Assembly (NCBI GenBank): GCA_002269645.1 | Contig: NIVC01000934.1 | Span: 62,001 to 126,000, forward strand | DNA from: Macrostomum lignano | Lineage: Eukaryota | DNA length: 64,000 nt | Direction of reading: 5' to 3' | Part shown: one piece after another, positions 1-13,100 of the stretch | Numbering within the stretch: the stretch's first letter is position 1 | How the letters are laid out: every line of letters starts with the position of its first letter | Translations under genes and position numbers: made by a program | Notes under the pieces: model-generated | What the model was told of the DNA's origin: nothing | Seen by the model: the letters and a program-made list of their open reading frames with translations, nothing else | The model's database searches: none

Positions 1-1283
1 TTCCTGCACCCATGATAGGCTAGATTAGCAATCCATTCTGATCCCGCATCCATGATAGGCTAGATTAGCAATCCATTCTATTCCTGCATCCATGATAGGC
101 TAGATTAGCAATCCATTCTATTCCCGCATCCATGATAGGCTAGATTAGCAATCCATTCTATTCCTGCACCCATGATAGGCTAGATTAGCAATCCATTCTA
201 TTTCTGCACCCATGATAGGCTAGATTAGCAATCCATTCTATTCCTGCACCCATGATAGGCTAGATTAGCAATCCATTCTATTCCTGCACCCATGATAGGC
301 TAGATTAGCAATCCATTCTATTCCTGCACCCATGATAGGCTAGATTAGCAATCCATTCTATTTCTGCACCCATGATAGGCTAGATTAGCAATCCATTCTA
401 TTCTTGCGCCCATGATAGGCTAGATTAGCAATCCATTCTGATCCTGCACCCATGATAGGCTAGATTAGCAATCCATTCTATTCCTGCACCCATGATAGGC
501 TAGATTAGCAATCCATTCTATTTCTGCACCCATGATAGGCTAGATTAGCAATCCATTCTATTCTTGCGCCCATGATAGGCTAGATTAGCAATCCATTCTG
601 ATCCTGCACCCATGATAGGCTAGATTAGCAATCCATTCTGATCCTGCACCCATGATAGGCTAGATTAGCAATCCATTCTATTCTTGCACCCATGATAGGC
701 TACATTAGCAATCCATTCTATTCCTGCACCCATGATAGGCTAGATTAGCAATCCATTCTATTCCTGCACCCATGATAGGCTAGATTAGCAATCCATTCTA
801 TTCCTGCACCCATGATAGGCTAGATTAGCGATCCATTCTATTCTTGCACCCATGATAGGCTAGATTAGCAATCCATTCTATTCCTGCACCCATGATAGGC
901 TAGATTAGCAATCCATTCTGATCCTGCATCCATGATAGGCTAGATTAGTAATCCATTCTGATCCTGCATCCATGATAGGCTAGATTAGCAATCCATTCTA
1001 TTCCTGCACACATGATAGCTAGATTAGCAATCCATTCTATTCTTGCACCCATGATAGGCTAGATTAGCAATCCATTCTGATCCTGCACCCATGATAGGCT
1101 AGATTAGCAATCCATTCTATTCCTGCATCCATGATAGGCTAGATTAGCAATCCATTCTATTCTTGCACCCATGATAGGCTAGATTAGCAATCCATTCTGA
1201 TCCTGCACCCATGATAGGCTAGATTAGCAATCCATTCTGATCCTGCACCCATGATAGGCTAGATTAGCAATCCATTCTGATAC
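1..1283 (+). repeat. 40-bp minisatellite (CATGATAGGCTAGATTAGCAATCCATTCTATTCCTGCACC)n, ~32 copies, runs off window start
   Basis: 40-bp periodicity is directly visible. Confidence 0.97.
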
Positions 1284-1524
1284 TGCACACAGTAGTAGTG
1301 AATATTAACGCAGAAAATTATTGTCAATCATATCATTACGTGAGCGGAAGCGGTGCAGTGAGTTAATCGTGATAAATAAATAATTTAAGTGAACAAAAAT
1401 CAATGAATAATCAACTTCACTGCGAGTTAAACACAGAAGCTGCAGAAAAAATGCTTGAACAATTAAGTGACTAAAAGAAGAAACCGGATATCGTGTCAGC
1501 CCGGTCAGCGGGCTCTCCGCCAGC

Positions 1525-1678
1525 TACCTGAGGAGTCGCTGCTACGTCGGCTGCAGCTGACCGGCTTGCTGCTGCTTTTGGCGTCTTGCGCCCTGCGGAC
1601 TGCCGCCTCTGCTGCTGCTGCCACTGCGGCAAGGAGTGGAGATGGGTGGACGGCTACTGCGGGGACGCAGTCGGTGAT
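1525..1678 (-). CDS. Possible further exon of phosphorylase kinase alpha (low-complexity region); frame and donor uncertain
   Basis: GC-rich island between satellites with a minus-strand TCACAG acceptor at 1679-1681. It lies downstream of the last confident PHKA exon. No recognisable homology. Confidence 0.3.
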
Positions 1679-1680
1679 CT

Positions 1681-2680
1681 GTGACTCACTGTCAGTGCCT
1701 CATTCTCAGTGCCTCACTGTCAGTGTCTCACTCTCAGTGCTTCACTTTCAGTGCCTCATTCTCAGTGCCTCACTTTCAGTGCCTCACTCTCAGTGCCTCA
1801 CTCTCAGTGCCTCACTCTCAGTGCCTCACTCTCAGTGCCTCACTCTCAGTGCATCACTGTCAGTGCCTCATTCTCAGTGCCTCACTGTCAGTGCCTCACT
1901 CTCAGTGCCTCACTCTCAGTGCCTCACTCTCAGTGCATCACTGTCAGTGCCTCATTCTCAGTGCATCACTCTCAGTGCCTCACTCTCAGTGCCTCACTCT
2001 CAGTGCCTCACTCTCAGTGCCTCACTGTCAGTACCCCACTCTCAGTGCCTCACTCTCAGTGCCTCACTCTCAGTGCCTCACTCTCAGTGCCTCACTGTCA
2101 GTGCCTCATTCTCAGTGTCTCACTGTCAGTGCCTCACTCTCAGTGCCTCACTCTCAGTGTCTCACTCTCAGTGCCTCATTCTCAGTGCCTCATTCTTAGT
2201 GCCTCACTGTCAGTGCCTCACTCTCAGTGTCTCACTGTCAGTGCCTCACTCTCAGTGCCTCACTCTCAGTGTCTCACTTTCAGTGCCTCACTCTCAGTGT
2301 CTCACTTTCAGTGCCTCACTCTCAGTGCCTCACTCTCAGTGCCTCACTCTCAGTGCCTCACTCTCAGTGCCTCACTCTGAGTGTCTCACTGTCAGTGCCT
2401 CACTCTCAGTGCCTCACTGTCAGTGCCTCACTCTCAGTGCCTTACTGTCAGTGCCTCACTCTCAGTGCCTCACTGTCAGTGCCTCACTCTCAGTGCCTTA
2501 CTGTCAGTGCCTCACTCTCAGTGCCTCACTCTCAGTGCCTCACTCTCAGTGCCTCACTCTCAGTGCCTCACTCTCAGTGCCTCACTCTCAGTGCCTGAAT
2601 CTCAGTGTCTCACTGTCAGTGCCTCACTCTCAGTGCCTCACTCTTAGTGTCTCACTTTCAGTGCCTCACTCTCGGTTTCT
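1681..2680 (+). repeat. 14-bp minisatellite (CACTCTCAGTGCCT)n
   Basis: Direct periodicity; source of the spurious [14 protein letters not shown] ORFs. Confidence 0.95.
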
Positions 2681-3462
2681 CACTTTCAGTGTCACTATCT
2701 CTCAGTGCATCACTTTCAGTGTCACTATCTCTCAGTGCATCACTTTCAGTGTCACTATCTCTCAGTGCATCACTTTCAGTGTCACTATCTCTCAGTGCTT
2801 CACTGTCAGTGTCACTATCTCTCAGTGCATCACTTTCAGTGTCACTATCTCTCAGTGCTTCACTGTCAGTGTCACTATCTCTCAGTGCATCACTTTCAGT
2901 GTCACTATCTCTCAGTGCCTCACTTTCAGTGTCACTATCTCTCAGTGCATCACTTTCAGTGTCACTATCTCTCAGTGCCTCACTGTCAGTGTCACTATCT
3001 CTCAGTGCATCACTTTCAGTGTCACTATCTCTCAGTGCATCACTTTCAGTGTCACTATCTCTCAGTGCATCACTGTCAGTGTCACTATCTCTCAGTGCTT
3101 CACTTTCAATGTCACTATCTCTCAGTGCATCACTTTCAGTGTCACTATCTCTCAGTGCCTCACTTTCAGTGTCACTATCTCTCAGTGCATCACTTTCAAT
3201 GTCACCATCTCTCAGTGCCTCACTTTCAGTGTCACTATCTCTCAGTGCATCACTTTCAGTTTCACTATCTCTCAGTGACTCACTTTCAGTGTCACCATCT
3301 CTCAGTGCCTCACTTTCAGTGTCACCATCTCTCAGTGCCTCACTTTCAGTGTCACCATCTCTCAGTGCATCACTTTCAGTGTCACTATCTCTCAGTGCCT
3401 TACTTTCAGTGTCACTATCTCTCAGTGCCTCACTGTCAGTGTCACTATCTCTCAGTGCCTTA
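2681..3462 (+). repeat. 30-bp minisatellite (CACTTTCAGTGTCACTATCTCTCAGTGCAT)n, related to the adjacent 14-bp unit
   Basis: Direct periodicity; shares CTCAGTGC and CACT motifs with the 14-bp array. Confidence 0.95.
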
Positions 3463-3844
3463 CTCTGTGTCTCTCCCTACGTGTCCGTGCTTCACTCCCA
3501 GTGCCTCTATCTGTGACTGCTCACAGACATAACGATGCCAGTAAGCACAAAAGTTAAATCACAAAATTGAAAAAAAAAACAAAAGAACGAGAAACGACAC
3601 GTGAAAAAGCGGCTACCTGCAGTGACGTGAGGCACAGAAGGCTACAAGGTGCGATGGCTAGAGAGAAATAAGTAATAAAAAACTTAAATTGAGGAACTGC
3701 GGCAAAACGAACAGATTGGGAAAAAGGGAAACAAGTGCTGTTGCCATGGAAATTCTCCAGATTGTTTTTACCTTCACCAGCGACTGCAAAAACGGGAAAT
3801 GCGGAAAATTAACGGAATAGCTGGGTCAAGGAGGGCTAACATTG

Positions 3845-4195
3845 GGAATAGCTGACATTGGGGCTAGCTGACACTGGGACTAGCTGACATTGGGACTAGC
3901 TGACACTGGGACTAGCTGACACTGGGACTAGCTGACATTGGGACTAGCTGACATTGGGACTAGCTGACATTGGGACTAGCTGACATTGGGACTAGCTGAC
4001 ATTGGGACTAGCTGACATTGGGACTAGCTGACACTGGGACTAGCTGACATTGGGACTAGCTGACATTGGGACTAGGTGACACTGGGACTAGCTGACACTG
4101 GGACTAGCTGACACTGGGACTAGCTGACACTGGGACTAGCTGACACTGGGACTAGCTGACATTGGGACTAGCTGACATTGGGACTAGCTGACACT
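3845..4195 (+). repeat. 16-bp minisatellite (TAGCTGACATTGGGAC)n
   Basis: Direct periodicity. Confidence 0.95.
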
Positions 4196-4280
4196 CCCCA
4201 GGGACATTGAAGAATTTAATAAAAAGCCAAAATAGTCAGAGTACCAAAACCATCTCAAACCGAAGGCCTCAGCTGCTCAC

Positions 4281-4547
4281 CCTCATCATCCACCGGAGTC
4301 AGCGACGGCTCGAACCTGCCGAGGTCCTGGGAGACGGCGCTGGTCAGCGCAACGGATTTTTTGCGCCGCGCCAAAGCGGCAAAATCCGGCGCCCCGGACC
4401 CGGCACCGGGCGTGGGTGACGTCACGCGAGACGCGGCGCCGGAGGCGGACGGCGTGGCGGCGTTGGCGGAGTTCGAGCCCGAGCCCAGGCGGCTGCGGCC
4501 GCGCCTCGATGACCGGGAGGCGGCCTTGGCCTGGTCCAGCAGGGCGT
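4281..4547 (-). CDS. PHKA: Phosphorylase kinase alpha, Ser/Ala-rich exon (DALLDQAKAASRSS...VDDE)
   Basis: CCGCAG acceptor, G|GTGAGC donor and phase 1-1 fit the preceding exon. It falls in the poorly conserved central region of PHKA. Confidence 0.65.
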
Positions 4548-4584
4548 CTGCGGGCGGGAGCGGCGAACAAAGACTCTTGATGAT

Positions 4585-4855
4585 CGATTGGGACAAAGAA
4601 TACTGAGAATTGATTGGGACAAAGAATACTGAGAATTGATTGGGACAAAGAATACTGAGGATTGATTGGGACAAAGAATACTGAGGATTGATTGGGACAA
4701 AGACTACTGAGGATTGATTGGGACAAAGAATACTGAGGATTGATTGGGACAAAGAATACTGAGAATTGATTGGGACAAAGACTACTGAGGATTGATTGGG
4801 ACAAAGACTACTGAGGATTGATTGGGACAAAGACTACTGATGATCGATTGGGACA
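4585..4855 (+). repeat. 26-bp intronic minisatellite (TGATTGGGACAAAGAATACTGAGGAT)n
   Basis: Direct periodicity. Confidence 0.93.
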
Positions 4856-4890
4856 AAAACTAAAAAACAGCTTAAAAATCAAACACTGAC

Positions 4891-4970
4891 CTCCTTTGGC
4901 ATGGTCCAAGAAGTTCATGCTGGTCACGCAGCTGGTGTCAACAAAGTCTGACAGCATTCCCAGCGTGACC
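4891..4970 (-). CDS. PHKA: Phosphorylase kinase alpha exon (RVTLGMLSDFVDTSCVTSMNFLDHAKG)
   Basis: Aligns with vertebrate PHKA [25 protein letters not shown]. Canonical AG/GT ends and consistent phases. Confidence 0.88.
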
Positions 4971-4998
4971 CTGCGGGCGATGACGGCAGATGGGAGAA

Positions 4999-5001
4999 CT
5001 G

Positions 5002-5040
<39 letters not shown>

Positions 5041-5089
5041 CACTAACTAACTATCTAACTAACTAACTAACTATCTAACTAACTAACCC

Positions 5090-5132
<43 letters not shown>

Positions 5133-5133
5133 C

Positions 5134-5164
<31 letters not shown>

Positions 5165-5238
5165 CACTAACTAACTATCTAACTAACTAACTAACTATCT
5201 AACTAACTAACCCACTAACTAACTAACTAACTAACTAT

Positions 5239-5280
<42 letters not shown>

Positions 5281-5338
5281 CACTAACTAACTAACTAAAC
5301 TAACTAACTAACTAACTCACTAACTAACTCATTGACTA
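4999..5338 (+). repeat. (ACTA)n microsatellite, intronic
   Basis: Direct periodicity. Confidence 0.97.
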
Positions 5339-5350
5339 ACCAACACTCAC

Positions 5351-5829
5351 CGGGTCCCATGGATGTAGCCGCTCTGCAGCTTCTTCACAGTAGAGTACAG
5401 AGCCGGCTGCACGGGCTGGTCGGGGCTGAAGTACCAGTGATAGACCGGCATGATAAACAGCGGGCGACCCACGGCAGCCCAGGTGCGCCGCAGGTAGGCC
5501 ACGTGAGTCCTGAACTGGTCCAGCAGGAAGTCCAAGTCCAGGCTGAGGTAGAAGGAGTGGTGGTCCAGGAACTGCGGCGTGAAGGCCAGCATCTGGGAGC
5601 CCACGTTGTACAGGCGGCTGGTGGCGAGCACCCCCGCCTCCGAGCTCTGCCTGCCGGACAGGCCGAGCTGCTGGCACTGGCCGAGGTGGCTGTAGAAGTG
5701 GCCGAGCAGCTTGGCCGGGAAGATGCACACCCCAGTGTCCGACTGCACCTCGTCAAAGTCCTGAACACGCAGGCCCATGTGCCGCTCCAGGGCTGCTTGG
5801 ATCTTCGAGTCCTCGGCGATGACCACTAC
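5351..5829 (-). CDS. PHKA: Phosphorylase kinase alpha exon (VVVIAEDSKIQ...LAFTPQFLDHHSFYLSLD...SGYIHGTR)
   Basis: Matches PHKA FTFTPQFIDQQQFYLALD and MQDGYFGGAR. TAACAG acceptor and GTGAGT donor. Confidence 0.93.
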
Positions 5830-5937
5830 CTGTTAGGATGTGGGGCGTAATCGCACTCAGACCCCACCAAATCGCACTCAGACCCCACCAAATCGCACTC
5901 AGGCCCCACCAAATCGCACTCAGACCCCAGCACCCAC

Positions 5938-6391
5938 CTGCACCACCAAGTCGGGCTTGGCCTCCAGCGCCAGCCGCCGGCCCAGCGGGTCGATCTCCTG
6001 CGGGCGCAGGAAGCCGTCCAGCAGCAGCAGGCAGATGGTGTACACCGACTGGGACCACAGGTGCGGCAGGGCTCCCACCGGGTGCCGCTCCTGACTGCCG
6101 GGATTCGCCCGCTCCTCGGCCACCAGATCCGCTGGCACAGCGTACGACTCCGGCATGAGCGGCCGGCCGTGCCGGTCGGGCTGGGCGAGCCGCTCCAGCA
6201 GTGCGGCGTAGCGGCGGCTGCGGTCCTCGTCCTCATGGAACAGCGAGTCCAGCAGCAGGTAGCAGAAGAACAGAGGCCACTCGCATTCGATGTTCTCGAA
6301 CTGCTTGAGCTCGCAGGGCTCATAGTGCAGGCGGGTCGGGTCCTCCACGGCTGTGCGGTAGCCATCTCTGAGGAAGCGGCAGCAGCCGTAC
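5938..6391 (-). CDS. PHKA: Phosphorylase kinase alpha exon (RYGCCRFLRDG...FENIECEWPLF...EIDPLGRR...VVQ)
   Basis: Near-identical to PHKA GRYGCCRFLRDGY and LKLFENIECEWPLFW. Canonical splice sites. Confidence 0.96.
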
Positions 6392-6728
6392 CTGGCGGGG
6401 ACGGCAAATTTGGCGCAAGGAATTTTCTAATATTTCTACTGCCAGTAGAGTAGCGAGGATATGCGCACAAAAAATCGGAGTTTTGCAAAAATAATAATCT
6501 GACAAATTTGCATGGAGCATCAGCTGATCAGGCAGAATTATTTGATTAAATCTGTAGAGTTGATGATTGAGTGACACTGCATGAAAGCGTGTGGGGGCAG
6601 AGGGGCAGGATAGAGAATGCACTGGGTCTGTTACTTAGGCCACAGGAGGAGCTGAACTAGATTAGGCAAATCTGATAAAATTATTGCACATTTATAATTA
6701 TTGTAATTAGGCTGGCAAGGAGACGGAA

Positions 6729-6761
6729 GGACAGACAGACAGCATAGACAGACAGACACTA

Positions 6762-6818
<57 letters not shown>

Positions 6819-6877
6819 CACACACAGACAGACAGACACACAGACAGACAGACAGACACTAAGACAGACACACAGAC

Positions 6878-6908
<31 letters not shown>

Positions 6909-6973
6909 TACAGACAGACAGACACACAGACAGACAGACAGACAGACAGACACAGACAGACAGACAGACACAC

Positions 6974-7050
<77 letters not shown>

Positions 7051-7051
7051 C

Positions 7052-7106
<55 letters not shown>

Positions 7107-7161
7107 CACAGACAGACAGACACTAAGACAGACACACAGACAGAGACAGACAGACAGACAC

Positions 7162-7194
<33 letters not shown>

Positions 7195-7211
7195 AAGACA
7201 GACAGACACAC

Positions 7212-7258
<47 letters not shown>

Positions 7259-7289
7259 CACAGACAGACACACACAGACAGACAGACAC

Positions 7290-7364
<75 letters not shown>

Positions 7365-7391
7365 CACACAGACAGACAGACAGACAGACAC

Positions 7392-7454
<63 letters not shown>

Positions 7455-7512
7455 CACAGACAGACAGACACTAAGACAGACACACAGACAGAGACAGACA
7501 GACAGACACACC

Positions 7513-7548
<36 letters not shown>

Positions 7549-7551
7549 CAC

Positions 7552-7590
<39 letters not shown>

Positions 7591-7591
7591 C

Positions 7592-7658
<67 letters not shown>

Positions 7659-7703
7659 CAGACAGACAGACAGACAGACCGACAGACAGACAGACAGACA
7701 GAC

Positions 7704-7734
<31 letters not shown>

Positions 7735-7799
7735 GGCAGACAGACAGACAGACAGACAGACAGACACACAGACAGACAGACACACAGATAGACAGACAC

Positions 7800-7842
<43 letters not shown>

Positions 7843-8005
7843 CACAGATAGACAGACACACAGACAGACACTAAGACAGACAGACAGACAGACACACAGA
7901 TAGACAGACACACAGACAGACACTAAGACAGACACTAAGACAGACAGACAGACAGACAGACAGACACACAGACACACAGACAGACAGACAGACAGACAGA
8001 CACTA

Positions 8006-8036
<31 letters not shown>

Positions 8037-8040
8037 GACA
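6729..8040 (+). repeat. (ACAG)n microsatellite, ~1.3 kb, intronic
   Basis: Direct periodicity; source of the VCLS ORFs. Confidence 0.97.
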
Positions 8041-8054
8041 CATGCGGCACAGAC

Positions 8055-8908
8055 CTGCCCTCCAGCACGGACACGATGCAGTCCCTGGTGCTGTTCACCA
8101 CATCCTCATTATCGATGGCGAAGGCCGGGTAGCTGATGACGGACAGCAGGCCGGCGTCAGTCTCCTTGGAGCAGCTCTCCCTGGGCAGCATGCTCTCCAG
8201 CACCGCGGCGCAGCTCTGCGGATCGTCGGCCATGACGTGCACGAAGGAGCGGGTGCCGCCGGAGCTGCCGAAGAGGTCGAGCTCGGCCAGGGCCTCCAGC
8301 GCGGCCTTCGCCATGCCGATGGAGGTGGAGTTGAGCTCGGGCAGGCCGTGGTTGGTTTTGTCCCCGCGCTCCCAGATGCCGTAGTCGGACACGGTGTAGG
8401 CGGACTCCAGGTAGAACACCAGGTTCTGCACGAAGGCCACCTCCTCGGGCGTGTAGATGAGCACCAGGCCGGAGGCGGTCATCTGTGCCAGCGCCAGCAG
8501 GTACAGGGACACGGCGTCCAGCTGCAGGTGGCCGTACTCGCCGTCTCCAGTCACCGGGCCGAGGTCGCTAGCCGAGAATTTGCAGTGCAGCGCGTCCAAC
8601 GGCTGCCGGCTGGTCTTGAAGCGCTCGAGCTTGTCGGACTGGCGCATCATGCAGTGCAGCAGGCTGCGCATGCACTTCACCGCCCGGCCTTCCAGGTCCT
8701 TCAGGCGGGCGCGGTCCTCGTCAGCTTCGGCCACCTTCTTGTAGGCGAGGGCGAGAGCCCACACGCACATGGCCGCATAGGTGTTGTCCCGGATGTAGGC
8801 GTGGTCCTGCTGCTCCGAGGTGGCCACCAGGCCTGTCACCGGGTTCTGGCGGTGCAGCACCGTGTCCAGCACCAGGCCGTGGTAGAACTCCAGCTGACGA
8901 CGGGACGC
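8055..8908 (-). CDS. PHKA: Phosphorylase b kinase regulatory subunit alpha, N-terminal GH15-like domain exon; the first (ATG) exon lies upstream and was not located
   Basis: Translation contains [44 protein letters not shown] and [12 protein letters not shown], matching PHKA1/2. CCGCAG acceptor at 8909-8910 and AG|GTCTGT donor. Confidence 0.96.
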
Positions 8909-8989
8909 CTGCGGGTTTTTAATAAGAGAGCTCGAAGTCTGCGGCTCTTTGGATTGGAACTTCTTTCTTGTCTTTTTCTCAGTTTTCTT

Positions 8990-9054
8990 GGAAATTGAGA
9001 TTCTAGGGATTGGGATTCTAGGAATTGAGATTCTAGGAATTGGGATTCTAGGAA
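8990..9054 (+). repeat. 15-bp minisatellite (GGAATTGGGATTCTA)n, left half of the array split by the Helitron chain
   Basis: The same unit resumes in phase at 26011. Confidence 0.9.
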
Positions 9055-10030
9055 TCCTTCTATCTAAATATACTAAATCTCTAAGGTTTGTATGTTTGAA
9101 TGCTTCTAAATATACTAAATCTCTAAGGTTTGTATGTTTGAATGCTTGTCCATAACGCTCTAGAGATCGCAATTCTTCACCGATTTTGATCGTGTTTTCG
9201 CCAAAAGATTCAAAATTGTCTGGAAAGAAGACGGTTAAAATTTCTTGTATCTGCTTCAATGCTAAAGGGATTAAATATTCGAAAAACATGCTTTTTTGCA
9301 AAGGTCAAGCAGCTCTTTCGACTTGAAATGCGCTGTAAGAATGCTAGAGAAAAAACCGACTGACTGAATTCTGATTTTGATAAAGATTGCATCACAACAA
9401 GTTGAAAACACTGTGCCAAGTTGAAAGACAGAAATTGCGTAACCATATTGCTAACTTTAATTGAGACTGATGCTGACTGCCTGAGTATTTGATTATGTCA
9501 TAGCTGCTTCGTGTGACTTTCACTCGAAGAGAATTTGTGTTATTATTTGCATAACGTTCTAGAGATAGAACCAATTGACCAATTTTAATCGCGTTTTTAC
9601 GAAAAGATTTGTAATTATCTGGAAAGAAGACAGTTAAAATTTCTTTAATTGGCTTTAATGCTAAAGGTATTAAATATTCGAAAAACGAGTTTTCCCAATG
9701 CTTTTAATGGTAGGGCAAACTAGCTTGAATTCTTGACTGGACTGGCTGAATTCCAATTCCAATTATGATTGCGCCATAACTTTTCTCTCTCCACTGTGTA
9801 AGCTTCAATACTGGTTGCAGTGTGCAAGGAGAAAAAATGCTCAGTGGCTGCGTGCGTACATTCTGACCCTGGCTCTGACTGGCGGACTCCATAGAAAATT
9901 GCTATTTATAGATTTCACTCAATCAACTGTGCATTGGCTCCGCCTGCACGCCTACACACTGAGCAGCCTATCACTGCTATGTATTTAACTGCAGTTCTGA
10001 AGCATATATCGCTGATTTTGTTGTCCTCCC

Positions 10031-10112
10031 ATCAATAGGCGGAGTAGCCGCAGTGTAGGCACTTAGGACTAGGTTTAGGCTAGGCGTAAGGTCCAAGGTT
10101 CGAGTCTGCCTC
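10031..10112 (+). other. tRNA-derived (SINE-head-like) segment inside H1; second diverged copy at ~10647-10725
   Basis: A-box-like TAGCCGCAGTG and B-box GGTTCGAGTC at tRNA-like spacing. No intact cloverleaf. Confidence 0.5.
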
Positions 10113-13100
10113 CCCGGCGGATAATTAAAATTCAAATAATTCAATAATTTATAGCTTGTGCCTGGACTAATTGAAACATTTTTTATTTAATTTCAATTGA
10201 AACATTTTTTTATTAATTAGCAATTCATTTTTTGCTACTCGGCACTAGCCACTAATCAAATTTGATTTGTAAAAACTGCTTCGAGTATAACTGATCCCAT
10301 CAATGGGTATTGTCTAGCTCCATAAAAGTACGAAATTACTAAACTGCAGACAATGCTGCTAAATGCTGAGCTTTTCAAGACTGCCGATATGTATCGAAAA
10401 TTGATTAGTGAGTGGTACAATTCTGAGCAAATTGCAGTTTTCTGAGGGGACTGAGGTGCCGGCCAGAGAAGAACTGCAGACTGTGAAGTAGTTCCTCCAG
10501 ACTTAAATCTAATTTATAGATTTTACTTAACTGCGCATTGGCTCTGCCTGCATACAACCCGTGCACTGAGCAGCCTATCACTGCTGTGTATTTGACTGCA
10601 GTGCCAAAGCATATATGGCTGATTTTGTCGCCCTCCGATCAATAGGCGGAGTAGCCGCACTGTAGGCACTAGGACCAGTTTTAGGATAGGCGTAAGGTCC
10701 CAGGTTAGAGTCTGGCTCGCAGCGGACAATTAATATTGAACTAATTATTTATTTTAGCTTGTGCTTCGACTAATTGAAACTTTTATGCTTAATTAACAAG
10801 GCACACTTAATGAACTACATGTATTTTTGCTGTTTGGCACAAGTCGATAAGCAAATTTGATTTGTAGAAACTGCTTCAAGTACATGTATTACGAGCGTAC
10901 TGATCCCATCAATGGGTATATTGCCTAGCTCCATGAAAGTATGAAATTGCTAAACTGCAGACGATTCTGAAAAAAAACTGCTGAAGGTATTGCTAAATGC
11001 TGAGCTTTTCAAAACTGCCGATATGTATCGAAAATTGATTAGTGAGCCGTAAAATGCTGAGCAAATTGCAGTTTGCAGAGGAGACTGAGGAGCCGGCCGA
11101 GAGGAGAACTGCAGGCTGCTGAGAGAATGAATGAAAATCGTTAATGGTACAGTTGTAGACTGAAAATGAAATGACTGCAGACTGCTGAGGGGAACTGCAG
11201 ACTGTCGAAGGGATCATTGCAGATTGCAAAGGGGAAACAACTGCAAACTGCTGAGGTAGTTCCTCCAGACGTGTGAGCGTATAGCTGCAGACTGCTGAGA
11301 GGGAAAACTGCGGACTAATTAGAGGATAATGGCAGACTTCTGAGGCTTATAACTAACTATTGAGTTTTGAGTGGATATTTACTGTGGAAGATTAAGTACA
11401 AGTTGTTTAGGGGATTTCTGCGGCTGCTAAGTGAAATATTTTTGGCTAAGGGGACAATTCTATGCCGCTGAGGGTATGCATTCTTAATTTTAATAAAAGT
11501 TTTAAAATGCAAAGTGGATGATAAATGCCGGCTGCTAAGAAATAACTGCAGTCTTTTTGCGGGATTAGATGAAGGGATAATTTCAGGTTGTTGTGGGGAT
11601 AAATGCCGATTTCCGGGGGTTAACTTCAAACGGCTGAAGTTGCTAAACACATGTCAATAGGCACAATAGCCGCAGTAGGCAGGCAGTATCAAGCAGAAGC
11701 AAACAGAATGCTTTGATGTCAGCAGTTCGAGCCTGCATTGAAGCAGCGAATTTATCTTTGTGACCTGTGACAATAATGATTGCATCCTATGCAGATTCAT
11801 GGAGATGGTAAACACTTAAATTTAAAGATACTTTTGCTGGGGCTGCGTTAGTCTTCTAGAGCAGTGCTAATCTGCTGTAAGTGCTAATTTGCAAAGGGTC
11901 TAATCTGGGTGAGCAGTGCTAATCTGACGTACAATGAATTAATAAATATGTAAGAGAATTGCAAATCAAATTTAAACTGCAAGTTGCAAACATTTCAAAT
12001 GGCTTCGATTATTGAGAAGCATATGGAGATCAGTAGCCATCTGCTCCCAGATTTTGCGGAACAGTGCCGGTGAACCATTGCTAAACTGCTGGTGAACCAT
12101 TGCTAAATTGCTGGTGAACCATCGCTAAAGTGATGGTAAACCATTGCTAAAGTGATGGTAAACCACTGTAAGTTTTTAATAAATGCTACTTTAAACAGAA
12201 GAAAACTCAACACAAGAAAAAGCGACAAAAGAATCATCATGTCAACCATAAAAGAAGCGGTCTGTCGAGAATAAAATACTCAATGTGAATTGCTAAGATG
12301 TCAAGGCTGGTATGGAAAATTTCTGTGATATCAAGACTCATGGGAGAATTTCTAAGATCTCAAGGCTCAGCGGTAATTGCTATAATGATGTGATTCTGGG
12401 GAGAATTGCTTTGATTTCAAAGCTTAAGTTCAATTGCTGCGATGTCGATCTTAATGAGGGAATTTCTGAGATGTCAAGGCTTACTGGGGAATTATTGAGA
12501 TTTCAAGGCTTACTGGGCCATGGGCCAGATCAAGGCCCATGAGAGAAATTCTGAGATGTCTTGTCAAGTCTCAGAGGGAAATTCCTATTCTGATGTGATT
12601 CTGGGCAGAATTGCTTTGATTTCAAATTCCATTTGAGAAATTTCTGAGGTATCAAGGCTCATTAAAATTATTTGCTGTCAAGGCTCATGGAAATAATTTC
12701 TGGAATGCTGTGGCTCTTGAGGGAATTGCCGACATTGTTAGGGTAAGAGTAAGACGTAAACCATATAAATCAATAGGCCTGTCTAACATTAAATACTCAT
12801 TGGGGAATTGCTAAGTTGTAAAGGCTCGTGGGGGGATATCCGAATTATAATGTGGCTCAATGCTCAGGGGGATTGTTGTGATTGCAGTACCTGCTCATAA
12901 TGCCGAAATTTTGTGGCTCAAATAGGAGTTGCTGAGATATCAAGGCTCATTGGGGAATAGCTGAGATTTCAAAGCTCACGGGGGATCCCTGTAATGCTGT
13001 AGGCTGTGACTCTTGGGTATTGCTGAGATGCTAAGGTTCACGGGGGAATGACTGAGATTTCAAAGGCTCCTAAAGTGAATAGCTGAAATTCACGAAATGT

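Noticed and set aside
1467-3532. Long ORFs of 170-600 aa ([24 protein letters not shown] and similar)
   Set aside because: They are translations of stop-free 14- and 30-bp minisatellites open in several frames. The same applies to ORFs over the arrays at 6.7-8.0, 30.1-30.7, 35.8-36.8, 54.6-55.3, 56.5-57.0 and 61.2-62.9 kb.
8042-8998. 318-aa plus-strand ORF and other antisense ORFs over the PHKA, GS, kinase and DDR exons
   Set aside because: They are shadow frames of GC-rich coding exons on the opposite strand or in another frame.
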